DNA of 64,000 bases from Halocafeteria seosinensis (lineage: Eukaryota), in contig LVLI01000341.1 in assembly GCA_001687465.1 (NCBI GenBank), forward strand, positions 62,001-126,000. The letters run 5' to 3'. Shown here piece after piece: positions 61,701 through 64,000 of this stretch. Position 1 is the first letter of the stretch. The number at the start of each line of letters is the position of its first letter. The notes beneath the pieces were generated by a model. That model saw nothing but the letters and a program-made list of their open reading frames with translations. It was not told where the DNA came from and searched no databases. A program made the position numbers and the translations under genes.

Positions 61701-64000
61701 GGTCTGTGATTCTCACCGTCGTCATCGTACAGAAACTCATCTGCATCTGGGGCATATGCAGCTTCCTCTTTGTTTTCGCTATCGGTTTCACCATCAATAG
61801 AAGACTCCTCAGATCCGGAGTAAGTCGTCTTGTCTTCGTTCGGTAGACTGTCCGTATATACATGTGCGAATGTAGGTGTTTCTTGCTCCTCAATATCTGC
61901 GTCTGAATCAGACTCTCGCCCGTCATCTTCGCCAGCACTTGAGCCCCGCCCCTTGCCAGCCAAGGGCAAATGCGGGGTTTCTTCAGCACTCTGTATATGC
62001 TCAGTCCCATTTAGAGGAGAATCTTGAGCACTATTTTCCCCCATACCCTTTGTGTCATCTAGTTGACTCAAAGGAGAAGCTTCAGCTGCTTCTGGATGCA
62101 AAGACTTCTCATTATTCCCGTCCACAGGTTCTGCGTCCACTGGAGCAAATCTTGGGGTATCCCGCTCGGGCGTACCAAAGTCCGAATATGATTCACTGTT
62201 GTCATCCCCCGCAGAGTCCGACTCCATATTTGCTAACTTCCCAACATCATCAGCGGGCCGTATATGCTCAGCTCGGGCATTAAACGACGTTGGGGTTCCC
62301 CCGGCACCATATGGTTTCGCAACGTTTGATGCATCTTGTCCAGCCTTGGCCGTACTAGGCTCAGAGGCGTCGAAGACACCTTCTTCATCACTTGAAGCAC
62401 TATCAGCATACACATGAGCGAATCTTGGAGTATATGCCTCTTCATCGCCCTGGGAGTCTTCATCAGTATCATCTAGTGAAAGAGTCGCAGCTGCGTCAGG
62501 TCCAGCCATATTAGACTCAGGTTCACGATTACGCGAAGTATCGGTACCCAAGTCTCCGTAGTCATATGGGGCGTGAGTTTCGTCATCATTATTATTGGAA
62601 GCAGGAGGTAGTCCGCCAGTCGATTCGACAAGGTGATTCATATCGTCGTCCTCTTTGCTCCCTCCATCATCAACAACGCTGGACGGTCTCTCTGTCGCTA
62701 AATTGGAATACGATGGAGTGGGTCGCAGTGCGCCAGAGTCTTTGGCATCAACTTCTGAGTCATCCCCAGACTCTGCCTGAGCACGGAAAGACTCGTTGTC
62801 AAGTAAGGCTTGGTTCTTGGGAGGATCATTTAAGGCTCCCCTATTCTCGGGTTGTGATGGAGGACGTTCGTGTTCCTCCTCAGGGGCACACACGGAAGCG
62901 AAGTTCGGGGCATCGCCCGAATCTTCCCAATCGTCAAAGGAGTCCTCTTCTACGTGATCTAGAACAGCCTCCGAAGGGCGGCTTGCGGACCGCTGCCTGG
63001 CAAAAGTATCGTCCGTTTCTTTTCCATTGCTGTGAGGTGTCCTGTCTGTTAACACGGAAGCAAATTGCGGAATTGTATCGACGTCCATTTCTCCACTAGA
63101 TTCGTCCTCTTCCTGTTCATGAGGCGTCGCATCACGTACTAGGTTCGTAGGCTCAACAGGGGCGAAACTAGGGGTGCACTCCTCCTCCACATCTTCTTCA
63201 GAATCATTGTCGTAAGGGACCCTCGAAGCAGACGAGTTATTGTGCAAAAGTGCTGTCGGAACTGTTCCATCACAATCAATTTCATTGTGATCATGTATAC
63301 CCTGACCCTGTTCATCTCCAGGGACGCGGGCCTCTTCTTTCACCCCATCTGCTTCATTGGACTGTTCCGGTTCTGAACCCTGCATTTGCCCGGTCTCAGC
63401 GACACCTACTTCCTGCGGCATTACTTGCTTTCGAGCAACTCCTTCGTCGTCTGATGTAGCTTCCGATTGCACTGGTGCAAAACTAGCAATGTCGGAACCA
63501 TTCGCGTCGTCACTCGCAGTATCCTCTTCAGGTTCCACTGTCGCGAACCTAGGCACGAATTCGTCATGATGGTCGCTCGTAGAATCGTGGTCGTCCTCCG
63601 AGATTGATGAAGTGTTGGGCCGGACGAATTCCATTGTTCCCCGTTCCCAGTCTGCAAGTTCATGGGGACGATTACCGGCTTTTCCACCCGGCGTCTCCTT
63701 TCCAGGAGAGTCCACATGGGGACGCTCGTTAGGATGCGTTCCCTTCACTGTGTCGCTATCCTCATGTTCTTCCTCAACTTGTGTCGAAATAGGAGCGAAG
63801 CGTGGCACTCTGCTATCCTCTGCGTCGCCATCTGAATCGTATTCTTCCCCCCGCTCTTCCTTCGAATCAGAAGGGATTCCATCGTCTATCTCATCGTTCT
63901 TAGGCTCATTACTAGATTCTGCAACGAACGGCCTTGTTTCCTCTTCTACGGAAGGTAAAGATGCATCATTAATAAGCTTTCCGGGAGTGTCGGTGTCTTT
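58742..64000 (-). CDS. Giant acidic, disordered repeat protein, 5'-truncated by the window edge
   Basis: The frame stays open from 64000 to the stop at 58742 (>1750 codons). D/E-rich, with repeated PxFAx[VILM] motifs and a basic C-terminus. Confidence 0.8.
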   Translation of the reverse strand, partial: KDTDTPGKLINDASLPSVEEETRPFVAESSNEPKNDEIDDGIPSDSKEERGEEYDSDGDAEDSRVPRFAPISTQVEEEHEDSDTVKGTHPNERPHVDSPGKETPGGKAGNRPHELADWERGTMEFVRPNTSSISEDDHDSTSDHHDEFVPRFATVEPEEDTASDDANGSDIASFAPVQSEATSDDEGVARKQVMPQEVGVAETGQMQGSEPEQSNEADGVKEEARVPGDEQGQGIHDHNEIDCDGTVPTALLHNNSSASRVPYDNDSEEDVEEECTPSFAPVEPTNLVRDATPHEQEEDESSGEMDVDTIPQFASVLTDRTPHSNGKETDDTFARQRSASRPSEAVLDHVEEDSFDDWEDSGDAPNFASVCAPEEEHERPPSQPENRGALNDPPKNQALLDNESFRAQAESGDDSEVDAKDSGALRPTPSYSNLATERPSSVVDDGGSKEDDDMNHLVESTGGLPPASNNNDDETHAPYDYGDLGTDTSRNREPESNMAGPDAAATLSLDDTDEDSQGDEEAYTPRFAHVYADSASSDEEGVFDASEPSTAKAGQDASNVAKPYGAGGTPTSFNARAEHIRPADDVGKLANMESDSAGDDNSESYSDFGTPERDTPRFAPVDAEPVDGNNEKSLHPEAAEASPLSQLDDTKGMGENSAQDSPLNGTEHIQSAEETPHLPLAGKGRGSSAGEDDGRESDSDADIEEQETPTFAHVYTDSLPNEDKTTYSGSEESSIDGETDSENKEEAAYAPDADEFLYDDDGENHRPVSFEENHTSPSDDKKKTVDQGPHAVATETGRGSNMGSESVGNHDDVERESDSGVDVDEEDAPRFAPMYADESLNEEDDENQGPAAPFEENHTSPSDDKKKTVDQGPHAVATETGRGSNMGSESVGNHDDVERESDSGVDVDEENVPRFAPMYADESLNEEDDENQGPAAPFEENHTSPSDDKKKTVDQGPHAVATETGRGSNMGSESVGNHDDVERESDSGVDVDEEDVPRFAPMYADESFNEKDDENQGPAAAFEENHTSPSDDKKKTVGQGPHAVATETGRGSNMGSESVGNHDDVERESDSGVDVDEEDAPRFAPMYADESLNEKVDESHAPSSFEGYDKNLNDEGDNVEDSFQNVAPVSEEDNEVVRSKTNDEGIPAAETGRASSTGSDSVTDIERESESDVNSEEEAAPRFASLLLDESPNEESYERTPFEEVDASHLDDAKNVEDVSGRNSAPIAEDENKVERLQSTDDSPDIFATETRNDLGGNCNSVVDDDIERGSKLDEQEAPKFPTREEEGGYYGPTPSEGTGASQLEEDSGIGEEIPQNYVPKDKDENAVERLKEMDETPHVFASESSSVDEPGRNDEVTDDGEAATEMQDAAKLNQQAAEGSDDDFQPGEAGNQTRLLADSPLVHYVADLKEPIPGKAESLAEEHVSQPDAQVPEATPKDNVVQNSSGNSVVDGSGVEDELNHERASGAGAEDEFHTITLDAFGDCIHESIDPDDRPIITLDAIGSCVDDSIPPNSALRRKFVTETRRIDDERNSSSIQQERIRNVRERTVERSTEGPARPNDLPGRRRQFSHEGRTLREGRPTASTSVRSASNQQELTHTEEEQKYNGLIRQSDEMLQWYNSESTSISSEEGRRGQRMNTPVDLSYYRGWAVKSTPRLDEASRRQTVEAWEGSKHDTGSALRKPVDLSPYRDWAIRSTPHLDEAYRRQQAEKLEKQRKDGLNFKPRKPVDLARFRKTRSGASPRVVNFVRGK
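60717..61695. repeat. 252-bp (84-aa) coding tandem repeat, about 4 near-identical copies
   Basis: Equivalent positions recur at 60745, 60997, 61249 and 61501 with only a few substitutions. Confidence 0.95.

Noticed and set aside
60664..62010. 448-aa alternative-frame ORF and repeated 77-aa plus-strand ORFs
   Set aside because: By-products of the 252-bp repeat lacking stops in other frames.

Overview
Gene-dense eukaryotic nuclear DNA: about 24 protein genes, short GT-AG introns (mostly about 60-80 nt) and very short intergenic spacers. The gene set (strumpellin, an oomycete/thraustochytrid-type delta-12 desaturase, stefin, bHLH) suggests a heterotrophic protist, possibly a stramenopile; this is inference only. 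Recognisable genes are WASHC5/strumpellin, a C45/NAAA-type Ntn hydrolase, FAD2-like desaturase, an HSL-family lipase, a bHLH factor, UCH-L3-like hydrolase, PAN2, mitochondrial IF3, a sphingomyelin/IPC synthase, a four-exon stefin absent from the ORF track, TRMO, a fatty-acid hydroxylase/sterol desaturase, a TAF10-like protein, RRP4, DAP3/mS29, a degenerate kinesin, a purple acid phosphatase and ERV1/ALR. The most interesting signals are: (1) a ~2,990-aa ARM plus PH-like protein resembling the apicomplexan glideosome-associated connector GAC; (2) a C-terminal motif, DLSxYRxW...PRL, shared by a probable pseudokinesin and a nearby giant acidic protein; (3) about 14 acidic-PxFAx[VILM] repeats, resembling ATG8-binding LIR motifs, in that acidic protein. 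Family assignments come from motif recognition and memory; no database searches were run.
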